Shown: piece by piece, positions 16,128 to 25,311 of the stretch
How the letters are laid out: every line of letters begins with the position of its first letter
Numbering within the stretch: position 1 is the first letter of the stretch
Source of the DNA: Phycisphaera mikurensis NBRC 102666
Lineage (GTDB): Bacteria > Planctomycetota > Phycisphaerae > Phycisphaerales > Phycisphaeraceae
Direction of reading: 5' to 3'
DNA: 32,000 nt
Assembly: GCF_000284115.1 (NCBI RefSeq)
Contig: NC_017080.1
Span: 450,001-482,000 of the forward strand
Notes under the pieces: model-generated
Database searches by the model: none
Seen by the model: the letters and a program-made list of their open reading frames with translations, nothing else
Told to the model about the DNA's origin: nothing
Position numbers and translations under genes: made by a program

Positions 16128-17004
16128 CCCCGCCGCCCACGTGCCTCCGCCTTCACCGCTCCGCGTGCACCGCGCCGGCGGCCGGCGGGGGTGGGGCGGG
16201 TTGTGGGCCGACGCGCAGGCGATCGCGCGCGAGGGCCGCGACGGGCGCTTCCTCGCCTGGCGGCTCTTCCGCCGAGACCTCAAAGCGGAGTTCCTGCGGT
16301 CGAAGCTGGGGTGGTGGTGGAACCTCGCCGACCCGCTGATCCTCGCCGCGGTGTTCGTCTTCCTGCGCGGCGAGCGGGTGCTCAGCGGGCTGCCGCTGCC
16401 GATCCCCTACCCGGTCTGGGTCGTGCTGGGGATGCTCTCGCTGCAGGCGTTCCTCAACGCCTGGACGCAGCCGCTGCGGCTCCTGGGCCGCAGCCGCCCC
16501 CTGCAGCAGCAGGTGCCGGTGACGCCGGCCACGCTGCTGCTCTCCCAGGCGCTGCGGATCGGCTTCGACGCGGCCTTCTACCTGCCGGTGATGGGCCTGA
16601 CGCTCTGGTGGACCGGCACGCTGAATCTTCCCGGCGTGCTCGCGGCGGCGTGGCTGTATGCGCTGCTGGTCGCGTTGGGCTGCGGGCTCGGCGTCCTGAT
16701 GGCCCCGCTGAACGCGGCGGCGGAGGACGTGGGCAAGGCGGTCCGGTCACTCAACCGGCCGCTGCTGTTCCTGTGCCCCACGTTCTGGTACCTGACCCCG
16801 GGCGAGGGCACACTGGGCCGGCTCAACGCCCTCAACCCGATCGGGCGGCTGATGGACGCGATGCGCATCGCGGCGGTGGGGCGGCTCGATGCGCCCGGCG
16901 TGGCGGCCGCGGCGGCGGGGGGCACGGTGGCGATCGCGGCCCTGCTCGCCGCGGCGGCGCTGTGCTTCCACCGCACGGTCCCGGTGATCGTCTCGCGGAC
17001 CTGA
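16117..17004 (+). CDS. wzm: ABC-2 type polysaccharide export permease (Wzm/KpsM/TagG-like)
   Basis: RRDLKAEFLRSKLGWWWNLADPLI, the hallmark N-terminal block of ABC-2 permeases, followed by about 6 hydrophobic helices. The start is uncertain; GTG 16117 overlaps the upstream stop. Confidence 0.8.
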   Translation: MAADPAAHVPPPSPLRVHRAGGRRGWGGLWADAQAIAREGRDGRFLAWRLFRRDLKAEFLRSKLGWWWNLADPLILAAVFVFLRGERVLSGLPLPIPYPVWVVLGMLSLQAFLNAWTQPLRLLGRSRPLQQQVPVTPATLLLSQALRIGFDAAFYLPVMGLTLWWTGTLNLPGVLAAAWLYALLVALGCGLGVLMAPLNAAAEDVGKAVRSLNRPLLFLCPTFWYLTPGEGTLGRLNALNPIGRLMDAMRIAAVGRLDAPGVAAAAAGGTVAIAALLAAAALCFHRTVPVIVSRT

Positions 17005-17007
17005 AGG

Positions 17008-18336
17008 ATGCAAGCCGCACCCCCCGATGCCGGGCCGCCCGCGGACCGCGGGCCTCTGGAGCCGCCGGCGGTCGCGGTCCGCGGGCTGGTGAAGCGGCAC
17101 GCCCGCTCGGGCCGGCTGCCCACGCGGCGGCTGCTCCGCGAGCTCGGCCTGGCGGCGCTGGGTCGGGCGGCGCCCGCCGACGCGGACGCGGGCGAGTTCG
17201 CGGCCGTCGACGGAATCTCCTTCCGGGTGGAGCGGGGCGAGGCGGTCGCCCTCATCGGCCGCAACGGCTGCGGGAAGACGACGACGCTCAAGGCGATCGC
17301 CGGGCTGGTCCGGCCCGACGCGGGGGAGGTCGAGGTCCGCGGCCGCGTGCAGGCGCTCGTCGCGCTGGGGGCGGGCTTCAACGACGAGCTGTCGGGCGCG
17401 GAGAACGTCGTCAACAACGCGGCGGTGATGGGGCTCTCCGCCGCGGAGGCGGCGCGGGTGCTCAGAAAGGCGACCGGCTTCGCCGAGATCGGCCGCTTCA
17501 TCGAAGCACCGGTGGGCACGTACAGCTCGGGCATGCGGGCCCGGCTGGGCTTCGCGGTCGCGGTCAACCTCTCCCCCGACGTGCTGCTGCTCGACGAGAT
17601 CCTCGGCGTGGGCGATCTGGCGTTCCAGCAGAAGTGCTTCACCCGGCTGCAGCGGCTCCGGCGGGCGGGGGTGACGATCCTGCTGGTGAGCCACTCCCTG
17701 GATCAGGTGAGCAAGCTGTGCGACCGGGCGGTCTGGCTCGACGGGGGCAAGCTGGTGCAGGAAGGGCCCGTGAGCGAGGTCGTCCGGGCGTACCGGGCGG
17801 CCCACAAGCCCAGGAAGGCGCCGCCGGAGGTGCTTGAACCCGCGCCGGCCAAGCGGCCGGAGAAGCCCAAGCCGCCCGCGAAGGAGCGCAAACCGCTGCA
17901 CGGGCCGGTCGTCGCCGCGGACGCCGTGCGGAACGTCTGGCTCGACGCCCCGGCCGGCGTCGGCGCCGGGGAGCCGATCCGGCTCGGGTTCGGCGCGGTG
18001 CTGGAGCGTCGGTTCGAGGCCTTCAACTTCTCCCTGGAGCTGCACACGCGGTTCGGCGTGGTGGCCGCCGAGCTCTCGACCGCCGCCACGCCGGGCCTCG
18101 CGGGCGCGGCCGGGGGCGAGGTCGCCTTCGAGCTGGAGATGCCGGCCCCGGAGTTCGTGCCGGGCCCGCTCGTGGTGATGGGGGTCATCCACGAGGGCGG
18201 GACCTGCCGGTTCCGGGACCGGCTCGGCGTGGTGGAGGTCCGGGGCGAGCCGCCGCCGCGAGGGGTGGTCCGGCCGCGTGCGACGATCCGCCGGGGCGAC
18301 GCCGCCGGAACCCAGAACGCGGAGCGGACACCATGA
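17008..18336 (+). CDS. wzt: polysaccharide ABC exporter ATP-binding protein with C-terminal extension (Wzt-like)
   Basis: Walker [10 protein letters not shown], signature YSSGMRARL and Walker [13 protein letters not shown] Lys/Pro linker and a C-terminal domain of about 170 aa follow, in the position of the Wzt glycan-terminus-binding domain (inference). Confidence 0.9.
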   Translation: MQAAPPDAGPPADRGPLEPPAVAVRGLVKRHARSGRLPTRRLLRELGLAALGRAAPADADAGEFAAVDGISFRVERGEAVALIGRNGCGKTTTLKAIAGLVRPDAGEVEVRGRVQALVALGAGFNDELSGAENVVNNAAVMGLSAAEAARVLRKATGFAEIGRFIEAPVGTYSSGMRARLGFAVAVNLSPDVLLLDEILGVGDLAFQQKCFTRLQRLRRAGVTILLVSHSLDQVSKLCDRAVWLDGGKLVQEGPVSEVVRAYRAAHKPRKAPPEVLEPAPAKRPEKPKPPAKERKPLHGPVVAADAVRNVWLDAPAGVGAGEPIRLGFGAVLERRFEAFNFSLELHTRFGVVAAELSTAATPGLAGAAGGEVAFELEMPAPEFVPGPLVVMGVIHEGGTCRFRDRLGVVEVRGEPPPRGVVRPRATIRRGDAAGTQNAERTP

Positions 18337-21300
18337 GCCCCGGAGAGGCCGCGATGCCCCGCGGATCGGCCGAGCGGGCCTCCCGCTGCGTCTACTACCC
18401 CCGCTTCCGCGGGGCCGAAGCGCTCACCAGCCACTTCCACCGCGCGGGCTGGTACCTGCCGCACCGGCCGGGCGTCTGCGACCGGGTCACGCTGGGCGTG
18501 CGGGGCGGCGCGGTGCCCGGCGCGGCGCCTTGGGGCATGGTCGATGCCCGCGACGCCGGGACCAGCGGCCACCTGGAGGTGACGGCCAACCGAACCCTAT
18601 GGCTCCGCCGGTTGCTCGCCGCGCGGGTCGTGCTGGTCTGGGACCGGCGGCACCTGGCCGCGGCGCGGTCCCTGTGCGCGGGCCGGCGCGTCGCGGTCGT
18701 GAACGTCGACACGCACGACCCGGCGGCGTCGGAGTGGGGCGCGTACGCGGGGCTGCACTGGCGGGCGCTGCTCGGCCGCGAGCGGCGGGAGGCGCTGATC
18801 GTGGCGTCGCGCCGCCGCTTCGAAGCCTTCGCGGCGGGCCTCAGGGATGCGCCTTTCGAAGCGGCCGTGGTCTACGGCACCGGGCCCTCCCTCCGAGCTG
18901 CCCGGCGCTTCGACGCCGGCAACGCCTTCCGCGTGGTCTGCAACTCCACCGTGCAGGACGACGCCCTGCTCGACCACGTCCGCCCGCACGTGATCACCGC
19001 CGGCGACGCGCTCAGCCACTTCGGCGTCTCCCGCTACGCCGAGCGCTTCCGGGCCGACCTCGTGCGGGCGCTGCGGGAGCGTGACCTGCTGTTCTTCGGC
19101 ACGGCGACGTTCGCCTCGTTGCTGCTCGCCCACCACCCCGAGATCGAGGACAAGGTGGTGCTCGTCGAGCAGCGGCGGGCCGAGCCCAACCACGACCTCT
19201 TCCAACGCTTCGAGGCCCCGGCCCTCGACAGCACGATGAACATCCACATGCTGCCGCTGGCCGCGACCTTCGCGGGCGACGTCTTCGTCCTCGGCGCCGA
19301 CGGACAGGCGCCCGCCGGCGAGAACGAGGACTTCTGGGCGCACGCCGGCGGGGCGCAGTACCACGGCCTGGTCGACACCGGCCACGCCTGCCACCCAACC
19401 TTCGCGAAAGACCGCAGCGAGCGGACCTACGCCCGGCACCTCGCCTCGGTGGAGGCGACGCTGTCCGCGGGCGAGCGGCACCACGCGAAGCGCTACGCGT
19501 GCCTGCACCCCTCGCACATCCCCGCGATGGCCGAGCGGGCGCTCGACGACGGCTGGCTCGCCGCTCGCGGCCTGTCCGCCTCGGCGGAGCGGCCGGTGCC
19601 GATCGCTTCGCTGCGCCGCTTCCTCGACGGCGACCCGCGGTGGCCGGACCGCGGCGGGGCGGGGCCGACCCCCGGCCGCGCCCGGACCGCCCCCGAAGCC
19701 GACCGGGCGGCGCTGGCCGCGCTCCGCGGCCTGCACCGCGGCCGCGCCGGCCGGCTCGTCGGCGGCACCGCCGGCCCGGGGCCCGGCCGTCCGCGGACCG
19801 GGTCCGAAGAGGTCGTCGTCGCGGTCGACGCGGCCGACGTGCCCGAGGCGGCGGGGAGCGCGGCGGCCCGGCCCGGCTTCCACGCCACCTCGGGCGACCT
19901 GCCGGCGGCGGAGCTCGACGCGGCGCTCGCCGGTCGCATCGGGGTGACCCACGCTCCGGCCGGCTCGGCCGGCGGCCTCGCCCGGGTCCGCGTCGTCGCC
20001 TGGGACGACCTCGGGCCGGTGACCGCCGACCCCGCGGCGGGCCCGCTTTGCTTCAGCGACGACCTCACGCGCGGCGGCTTCAGCGGGTCGCCGCTGATGG
20101 CGGGCCTGCAGCTCGCGGCGCACCTCGGGCTGGACCCGATCCGCCTCGACGGCTGGGACCGAGCCGCCGTGCCGGCCCGCGAGCTCGCGCACGCCCGAGC
20201 CTGGGCACGGGCCCGCGGCGTGCGGCTGGAGGGCTTGCCCGCCGCCGCGGACCGCGGGCTCCCCGCGGCTCCGGGGCCGGCGGTCCGCGGCCCCCGCCGC
20301 CGGGTGGCGGTGGTGATGCGCAACCCGGCCCGCGGGTACAGCGGCGGCCGGTACCACGCGTGGTTCCTCGCCGCGGGCCTGGTGCGGGCGGGGCACCGGG
20401 TGCGCGTGCTGACCGACCGGCTCCCGGCCTTCCTGCACGAGATCCCGCCCGCGGAGCTCGCGGCGATGGACGTGGTGGTGTCCGAGCGGCTGGAGGTCCC
20501 GCGGGGCTGGGCGCCGGACCTGGTCGTGCTCGTGCCCGGCGGCCGCCTCGACCGCCCGCTGGAGACCGCCGGCGTCCGGCTGGCCCGGGACGCGGACGCA
20601 CGCCTGGCGCTCCTGAACTTCGAGAGCGCCGACTGGTTCAACGCGCTGGCGCCCGCCCGCCGCGACGCGTCGCGCTGGGGCGGCTGGCGTTACGTCGCCT
20701 CCCACGCGGACCTCGTGCTCTCCTCCGCCCGCGAGGGCACCCGCTTCGCCCGCCGCTTCTACCGCGAGGCTCCGGCCCACACGCTCTTCCGCGAGGTCGG
20801 CCCGCCGATCCACGACGCGGCGGCGCAGGCGGTGCTCGACGCCGCACCCGCCGCCGCGGCCGAACCGGGGCGCCCGCGGATCGTGTGCATCACACGCTTC
20901 GCGGTGGGCGATCCGCACAAGGGCGGGGCGGAGGTGGCCGGGCTGTTCGGGCCCGAGCTGGCCGGCGCCGAGCTGTGCCTGATCGTCGGCCGCGACGGCG
21001 TGCCCGACGCGGTCCGCGCCGGGCTCGACGCCGCCGCCGAGGCGGCGGGCATGGCGTGGTCGCTGCACGAGCAGGTGGACGACGCCGAGAAGTTCCGCCT
21101 GCTCCACCACGGCGGCCGGCCCAGCGTGCTCGTGTTCCCCAGCCGCTTCGAGGGCTTCGGCTACCCACCGGTGGAGGCGCTGTTCCTGGGCGTGCCCGCC
21201 GTCGCCTACCGGCTGCCGGTGCTCGAGGAGGTGACCGGGGGGCTGGTCGTCTCCGTCGAGCCCGGCGACGTCGCCGGGCTGCGGCGGGCCGCCGCGGAGG

Positions 21301-21641
21301 CGCTCGCCGCCGGCCGCCTCGGGCCCGCGACGCCCGACCCCGGCCGCCTCGCCGCCTGGGAGGACCTCCGCGACCGGGCGAGCCTCGGGGGCTTCGCCCG
21401 CCGCATCGACGGCGTCGTCGCGGAGGTCATGACGCGGCCCGCCCCCCCGGCCGCCCGCGGCGCCCGCCTCTGCGATTGGCCCGAGCCACGCCGCGACCGG
21501 GCCGGGCCGGCCCGCCCGCGGAGGCCGAGGCTCGACCCGAACCCGAGCCTCTACATCCGCGCCCGGCGCGTCGGCGGCGCCATCAAGCGCCGGCTGGGGA
21601 TGCCGACGTCGCTCTCGCGCGAGGCCGGCCCAAGCGGCTGA
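18333..21641 (+). CDS. 1102-aa multidomain glycosyltransferase: N-terminal DUF115/CstII-like module, Ala/Gly/Pro/Arg-rich middle, C-terminal GT4 domain
   Basis: N-terminal region has [15 protein letters not shown] and FVLGADG, paralleling GNGPSL and GxD in CstII/MptE-like proteins. C-terminal region has [21 protein letters not shown] and [27 protein letters not shown] (GT4 EX7E region). ATGA overlap with the wzt stop. Confidence 0.8.
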   Translation: MSPGEAAMPRGSAERASRCVYYPRFRGAEALTSHFHRAGWYLPHRPGVCDRVTLGVRGGAVPGAAPWGMVDARDAGTSGHLEVTANRTLWLRRLLAARVVLVWDRRHLAAARSLCAGRRVAVVNVDTHDPAASEWGAYAGLHWRALLGRERREALIVASRRRFEAFAAGLRDAPFEAAVVYGTGPSLRAARRFDAGNAFRVVCNSTVQDDALLDHVRPHVITAGDALSHFGVSRYAERFRADLVRALRERDLLFFGTATFASLLLAHHPEIEDKVVLVEQRRAEPNHDLFQRFEAPALDSTMNIHMLPLAATFAGDVFVLGADGQAPAGENEDFWAHAGGAQYHGLVDTGHACHPTFAKDRSERTYARHLASVEATLSAGERHHAKRYACLHPSHIPAMAERALDDGWLAARGLSASAERPVPIASLRRFLDGDPRWPDRGGAGPTPGRARTAPEADRAALAALRGLHRGRAGRLVGGTAGPGPGRPRTGSEEVVVAVDAADVPEAAGSAAARPGFHATSGDLPAAELDAALAGRIGVTHAPAGSAGGLARVRVVAWDDLGPVTADPAAGPLCFSDDLTRGGFSGSPLMAGLQLAAHLGLDPIRLDGWDRAAVPARELAHARAWARARGVRLEGLPAAADRGLPAAPGPAVRGPRRRVAVVMRNPARGYSGGRYHAWFLAAGLVRAGHRVRVLTDRLPAFLHEIPPAELAAMDVVVSERLEVPRGWAPDLVVLVPGGRLDRPLETAGVRLARDADARLALLNFESADWFNALAPARRDASRWGGWRYVASHADLVLSSAREGTRFARRFYREAPAHTLFREVGPPIHDAAAQAVLDAAPAAAAEPGRPRIVCITRFAVGDPHKGGAEVAGLFGPELAGAELCLIVGRDGVPDAVRAGLDAAAEAAGMAWSLHEQVDDAEKFRLLHHGGRPSVLVFPSRFEGFGYPPVEALFLGVPAVAYRLPVLEEVTGGLVVSVEPGDVAGLRRAAAEALAAGRLGPATPDPGRLAAWEDLRDRASLGGFARRIDGVVAEVMTRPAPPAARGARLCDWPEPRRDRAGPARPRRPRLDPNPSLYIRARRVGGAIKRRLGMPTSLSREAGPSG

Positions 21642-23419
21642 ACGGAAGAGCGCGACGCCGGCCCGGACGCGGATCGGGGCGGGTCCTGCCGGGGCTTGGG
21701 CTTGGGCTCCCAGACCTCCAGGATCAGCTCGGTGCACGACAGGCTCCGCGTCACGTCGTACTCCTCCCGCAGCCAGGCGAGCACCGCGTCGACCTGGTCC
21801 TCGCCGGGGTACCCCCGGCCGCCGCGCTTCTCCCAGGGCCGCATCGTCACGGTGCGGAGGGGGCCCCCGCCGCCGCCGGCACGCACCCGCGCCAGCGCCT
21901 CGGCGGGTGTGGAGGTCGCCAGCGGGTCGTCGATCCAGTCGCCGCTGAAGCGCCAAAGCAGCGGCGGCGCCTCTCCCGGGCGGCCCGCCCGCTGGTGCAG
22001 GTAGCGGAGGCGGTCGCGCTCGACCACGCCGCCGAGCGTGGGCAGGCCGTCGGTGGCGGCGACCAACGCGTCCATCTCCTCCATGCACGCGCGGAACCCG
22101 ACGCCGCGCACGAACGCGGGCGCCGAGGCGGCGAAACCCACCGCGGCGGCAGCGGCCACGAGGCCGAGGGAGGCCGCGCCGGGCACGCCCCGCGGCGCTC
22201 CGAGCCCGCCCCGCCGGGCCGCCGCCAGCGCCGCCCGGGTGGCCGACTCGAGCCCGCAGATCGCCACGATCAGCAGCGGCCCCTGGGTGAAGAGCGCGTA
22301 GCGGACGTAGCCGAACGGCAGCCGCCCCAGCAGGGAGGCCGCGGCGAGCACGGCCGCCTGGAGCAGCACGAACAGCACCGTCGCCCGCCGCGCCCCGCCG
22401 CGCGCGAGGCCGTCGACGCAGCCGATGCCCAGCAGCAGGAGCATCGCGGAGGTGATCCACCACGCGGCGGCGTCCGCCGCTCTTCGGTCGAGCAGGTCCC
22501 GCAGCGACACGGGCTCCAGCGCCGTCCACAGCCAGTTCCACCCGCGGTCGGCGAGGAAATGAACCGCCCCCGTGGCCCCGCCCGCTTCGGCCTCGACGCT
22601 GCGCGGGTAGAGCCACGGCCAGACCGCCGGGCGCGGGTCGGCCAGCTCGCCGTGGGTGAAACGCGCCAGCACCACGCCGATCGTCACCAGCAGCACCGCC
22701 GCCAGCGCCGCGGCGGGCGCCCACCGCACGCGCGGGACGCTCACCGGGCCCGCGTCGCGCCCGCGCAGGCACCCCGCGGCGAGCGCGACGGCCCCGGCCG
22801 CGGCCAGCGGGAGCGCCGAGCCCAGGTACGCGAACAGCATCGCCACCATGAGCGCCGCGGTGAGCACCAGCGTTCGGGGCGACTCCGCGAAGCCACGCCG
22901 CCGCCACCGCAGCATCAGGGCCCAGGCGACAACCGAGGCGGCGAGCATCAGCGCGTAGTTGAACCAGCCGAACCCGCCCCAGTAGAGCCACGCCGCGTTG
23001 CTCGCGAACACCAGCAGCGCCGCCGGGGCGAAGCCCGGCCGCAGCAAGCCCTCGCGGACCGCCGTCCACGCGGCCCCGATCGCGGCCAGGAAGGCGATGG
23101 CCACCGCGAGCAGGCGGTAGCTCTCGACGCTGCCCACGCCCGGCAGCCGCGAGTACGCGAACATGAGCACCTCCGCCCCGAAGTGCCCGACGCCGTAGAA
23201 CGCCGTCTCGGACAGCCGGTCGCTCGCGAAGAGGTCCTGCGCCCACCGGTACTCGTCGCTCCAGTGGCCGCCGCCGAAGACGCGGCCCAGAAGGGCGGCC
23301 ACGAGCGCGCCGGCCGCGGCGAGCAGCGGCGCGCCGCGTCGCCACCGGGGCGGGCGGCCGGCACCGGATGCCGCCGCGTCCCCGGGAGCCGCGGCCGGTG
23401 GCGGGAGCCTTTCCTGCAT
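21551..23419 (-). CDS. polytopic membrane protein, putative GT-C-fold (ArnT/PMT-like) glycosyltransferase; paralogue of 23533-25227
   Basis: ORF 21551-23551 with internal ATG at 23419 (MQERLPPP). It has many hydrophobic helices. SDEYRWAQ lies just after TM1, comparable to the DExRYA motif of ArnT-type enzymes. It aligns over its full length by eye with the neighbouring + strand protein. Confidence 0.7.
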   Translation of the reverse strand: MQERLPPPAAAPGDAAASGAGRPPRWRRGAPLLAAAGALVAALLGRVFGGGHWSDEYRWAQDLFASDRLSETAFYGVGHFGAEVLMFAYSRLPGVGSVESYRLLAVAIAFLAAIGAAWTAVREGLLRPGFAPAALLVFASNAAWLYWGGFGWFNYALMLAASVVAWALMLRWRRRGFAESPRTLVLTAALMVAMLFAYLGSALPLAAAGAVALAAGCLRGRDAGPVSVPRVRWAPAAALAAVLLVTIGVVLARFTHGELADPRPAVWPWLYPRSVEAEAGGATGAVHFLADRGWNWLWTALEPVSLRDLLDRRAADAAAWWITSAMLLLLGIGCVDGLARGGARRATVLFVLLQAAVLAAASLLGRLPFGYVRYALFTQGPLLIVAICGLESATRAALAAARRGGLGAPRGVPGAASLGLVAAAAAVGFAASAPAFVRGVGFRACMEEMDALVAATDGLPTLGGVVERDRLRYLHQRAGRPGEAPPLLWRFSGDWIDDPLATSTPAEALARVRAGGGGGPLRTVTMRPWEKRGGRGYPGEDQVDAVLAWLREEYDVTRSLSCTELILEVWEPKPKPRQDPPRSASGPASRSSVQPLGPASRESDVGIPSRRLMAPPTRRARM

Positions 23420-23532
23420 GGGCGCAACCGTAACGCGGAGTTCGCGTTTTCCCCCTGCGGCATCGGTACGGTTGCCGCCCGATCCGCGCCCCGGACGAGC
23501 CGAGGCGCGTCCTGGAACCCCTCGCCGCGTCC

Positions 23533-25227
23533 ATGAACCCGCCGCCCGCACCCGTGCCCCCCGCCGCCCCGCGGGCCCTGCTCCCGCCGCTTCGCGCCGG
23601 CGTCGCGGTCGTGGTGTCCCTGCTGGTGCTGGCGGCGGCGTTGTTCTCCCGCGCGCTGGCGGGCGGCCCCGGGTTCGACACCGACCAGTACGCCCTGCCC
23701 GCCCTCAACAACGCGGCCTCCCGCTTCGACGAGTCGATGTGGCACAACACGGGCCAGACCGGGATCAACCTGCAGATGTACGCGGCCTCGCGGCTGGGGG
23801 TGAGCTCGGTCGAGGGCTTCCGAATCGTCGCCGCGGCGATCGCGTTGGCCGCCGCCGCGGTGATGGTCCGGACCGCCGTGCGGGAGCGCGTGGTGCCCCG
23901 CGGGGCGGCCCCGCTCCTGGTGGCGGTGCTGCTGCTCAACGAGCCGTTCATGCACTGGGGCACGTACGGCCCCTTCATGTACGCCGAGTTCCTCGCGAGC
24001 GGAGCCCTCGCGTGGTGGTGGATGCTGCGGTGGCGGAGGACGCGCTTCCACGGCGGCCTCGCGGAGGCGGTGCTGACCCCGGCCGCGCTGGTTCTGAGTG
24101 TCTACGTCTACATCGGCAGCGCCCTGCCGCTGGCGGTGGCGGGCCTCCTGGCCCTCGGCCACGCCCTCGCCGCGGATCGCGGAGGCGGCTCGCCCACGCG
24201 GCCGCGGCCCGCCTGGGGCCGGGCGAGCCTGTACGCGGCGTCTCTGGCGATCGCCGCTCCCGCCGTCTACGCCCTCGCTTCGCACAAGGAGCTGCGCGAG
24301 CCCCGCCGCGGGATCCACCACCTGCTGTTCAGCAGGCAGAACGGGGGCAACGCCGGCGGGCTGGCCGCCGTGCCGGGCTTCCTGGTCGAGCACACGGGCT
24401 GGTGGATCCGCTCGGCGCTGCAGCCGGTGGAGGGCTTCGGCCTGCTCTTCTGGCCGATGGTGCTCGCGTTGCTGGTGGGGTTGATCGGCTGCCTGGCGCG
24501 GCGGGGCACGCCGGCGGCGGCGACCGCGTGGTTCGTGCTCTTGAACGCCGCCGGCATGGCGGTGCTGGCCATCCGTCCCGGCACCCCTTTCGGCAGCGTG
24601 CGCTACGGCCTCTTCGTGCAGCTGGCGATCCTGGTCACCGCCGCGGCCGGCCTCGGGATCCTCGCCGCGCGGACGCGGGCGGCCTTCGCGCGGGACGAAC
24701 GCGCGACGGCCCCCCCGGCGTCCGCGCCGCCGGCGCGCGCGCGGCCCCGGCGGTCGTGGCTCCTCCTCGCCGCCGTGGTCCTGCTCGGCGTCGTCCTCTC
24801 GGCGCGGTGGCTCGGGCAGGCGGCGGAGCACCGGGCCGCCTTCGAGCGGGTCGTCGCGATGGTGGAGCGCACGCGCGGGTGGCCCACCGTGTCGGACTCC
24901 CTCGCCCACTACGCGATGCTGTACATCGGCGAGTCGGCGCAGCACGCGGCGAGCGTCGTGCCGAAGAACCTCGTGCGGCCCGGCGACGCGGCGGACGACG
25001 CCGGCGCGGTCCAGGTCGCGGCGCTGGAAGCGCTCGGCGATCCGCCGAGGCTCCGCACCCTCTCGCGCTTCCAGAACGTGGAGCCCGTCGCCCGGCCCGG
25101 AGGCGAGGGCCCGCGGGTCGGGTACGAGAACCACCCGGTGGTCGACGCCTGGGTCAACGATCGCTACCGGCCGGTGGAGCGGGAGTCGGTGCCGAGCCTC
25201 AACGTCACGCTCTGGGAGCGGAAGTAG
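23533..25227 (+). CDS. polytopic membrane protein, putative GT-C-fold glycosyltransferase; paralogue of 21551-23419
   Basis: Blocks shared with the divergent neighbour: SRLGVSSVEGFRIVAAAIA vs SRLPGVGSVESYRLLAVAIA, MLRWRR in both, YIGSALPLAVAG vs YLGSALPLAAAG, FGSVRYGLF vs FGYVRYALF, and C-terminus NVTLWERK vs ILEVWEPK. DTDQYA follows TM1. Confidence 0.75.
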   Translation: MNPPPAPVPPAAPRALLPPLRAGVAVVVSLLVLAAALFSRALAGGPGFDTDQYALPALNNAASRFDESMWHNTGQTGINLQMYAASRLGVSSVEGFRIVAAAIALAAAAVMVRTAVRERVVPRGAAPLLVAVLLLNEPFMHWGTYGPFMYAEFLASGALAWWWMLRWRRTRFHGGLAEAVLTPAALVLSVYVYIGSALPLAVAGLLALGHALAADRGGGSPTRPRPAWGRASLYAASLAIAAPAVYALASHKELREPRRGIHHLLFSRQNGGNAGGLAAVPGFLVEHTGWWIRSALQPVEGFGLLFWPMVLALLVGLIGCLARRGTPAAATAWFVLLNAAGMAVLAIRPGTPFGSVRYGLFVQLAILVTAAAGLGILAARTRAAFARDERATAPPASAPPARARPRRSWLLLAAVVLLGVVLSARWLGQAAEHRAAFERVVAMVERTRGWPTVSDSLAHYAMLYIGESAQHAASVVPKNLVRPGDAADDAGAVQVAALEALGDPPRLRTLSRFQNVEPVARPGGEGPRVGYENHPVVDAWVNDRYRPVERESVPSLNVTLWERK

Positions 25228-25229
25228 GC

Positions 25230-25251
25230 GACGGGCCCGGCGCGGCCCGTC
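25230..25251. terminator. GC-rich hairpin between convergent genes (possible bidirectional terminator)
   Basis: GACGGGCC-CGGCGC-GGCCCGTC is a perfect 8-bp stem starting 3 nt after the TAG at 25225-25227. There is no U-tract, so the call is tentative. Confidence 0.3.
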
Positions 25252-25311
25252 AGCCGCCTCCGGCGAGGCAGCCACGAGGGGGCGTGGCGCCTCGGTCCGA
25301 TGCGCGGCGGT

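Noticed and set aside
9625-16283. Long - strand ORFs 9625-12096, 12090-13184, 12469-13842, 13855-14832 and 14727-16283
   Set aside because: They are antisense to the MqnA/MqnD-family gene, the PlsC-family gene, rfbCDB, the DAHP synthase gene and the oxidoreductase gene, all of which have strong family signatures on the + strand. No motifs are recognisable in the antisense translations.
18597-23978. 1793-aa - strand ORF and the 1345-aa + strand ORF 19499-23536
   Set aside because: Both are extremely Arg/Gly/Ala/Pro-rich low-complexity translations. They lie antisense to, or out of frame with, genes that have clear family motifs (the GT4 domain and the paralogous membrane proteins). This is typical of stop-codon-poor GC-rich DNA.
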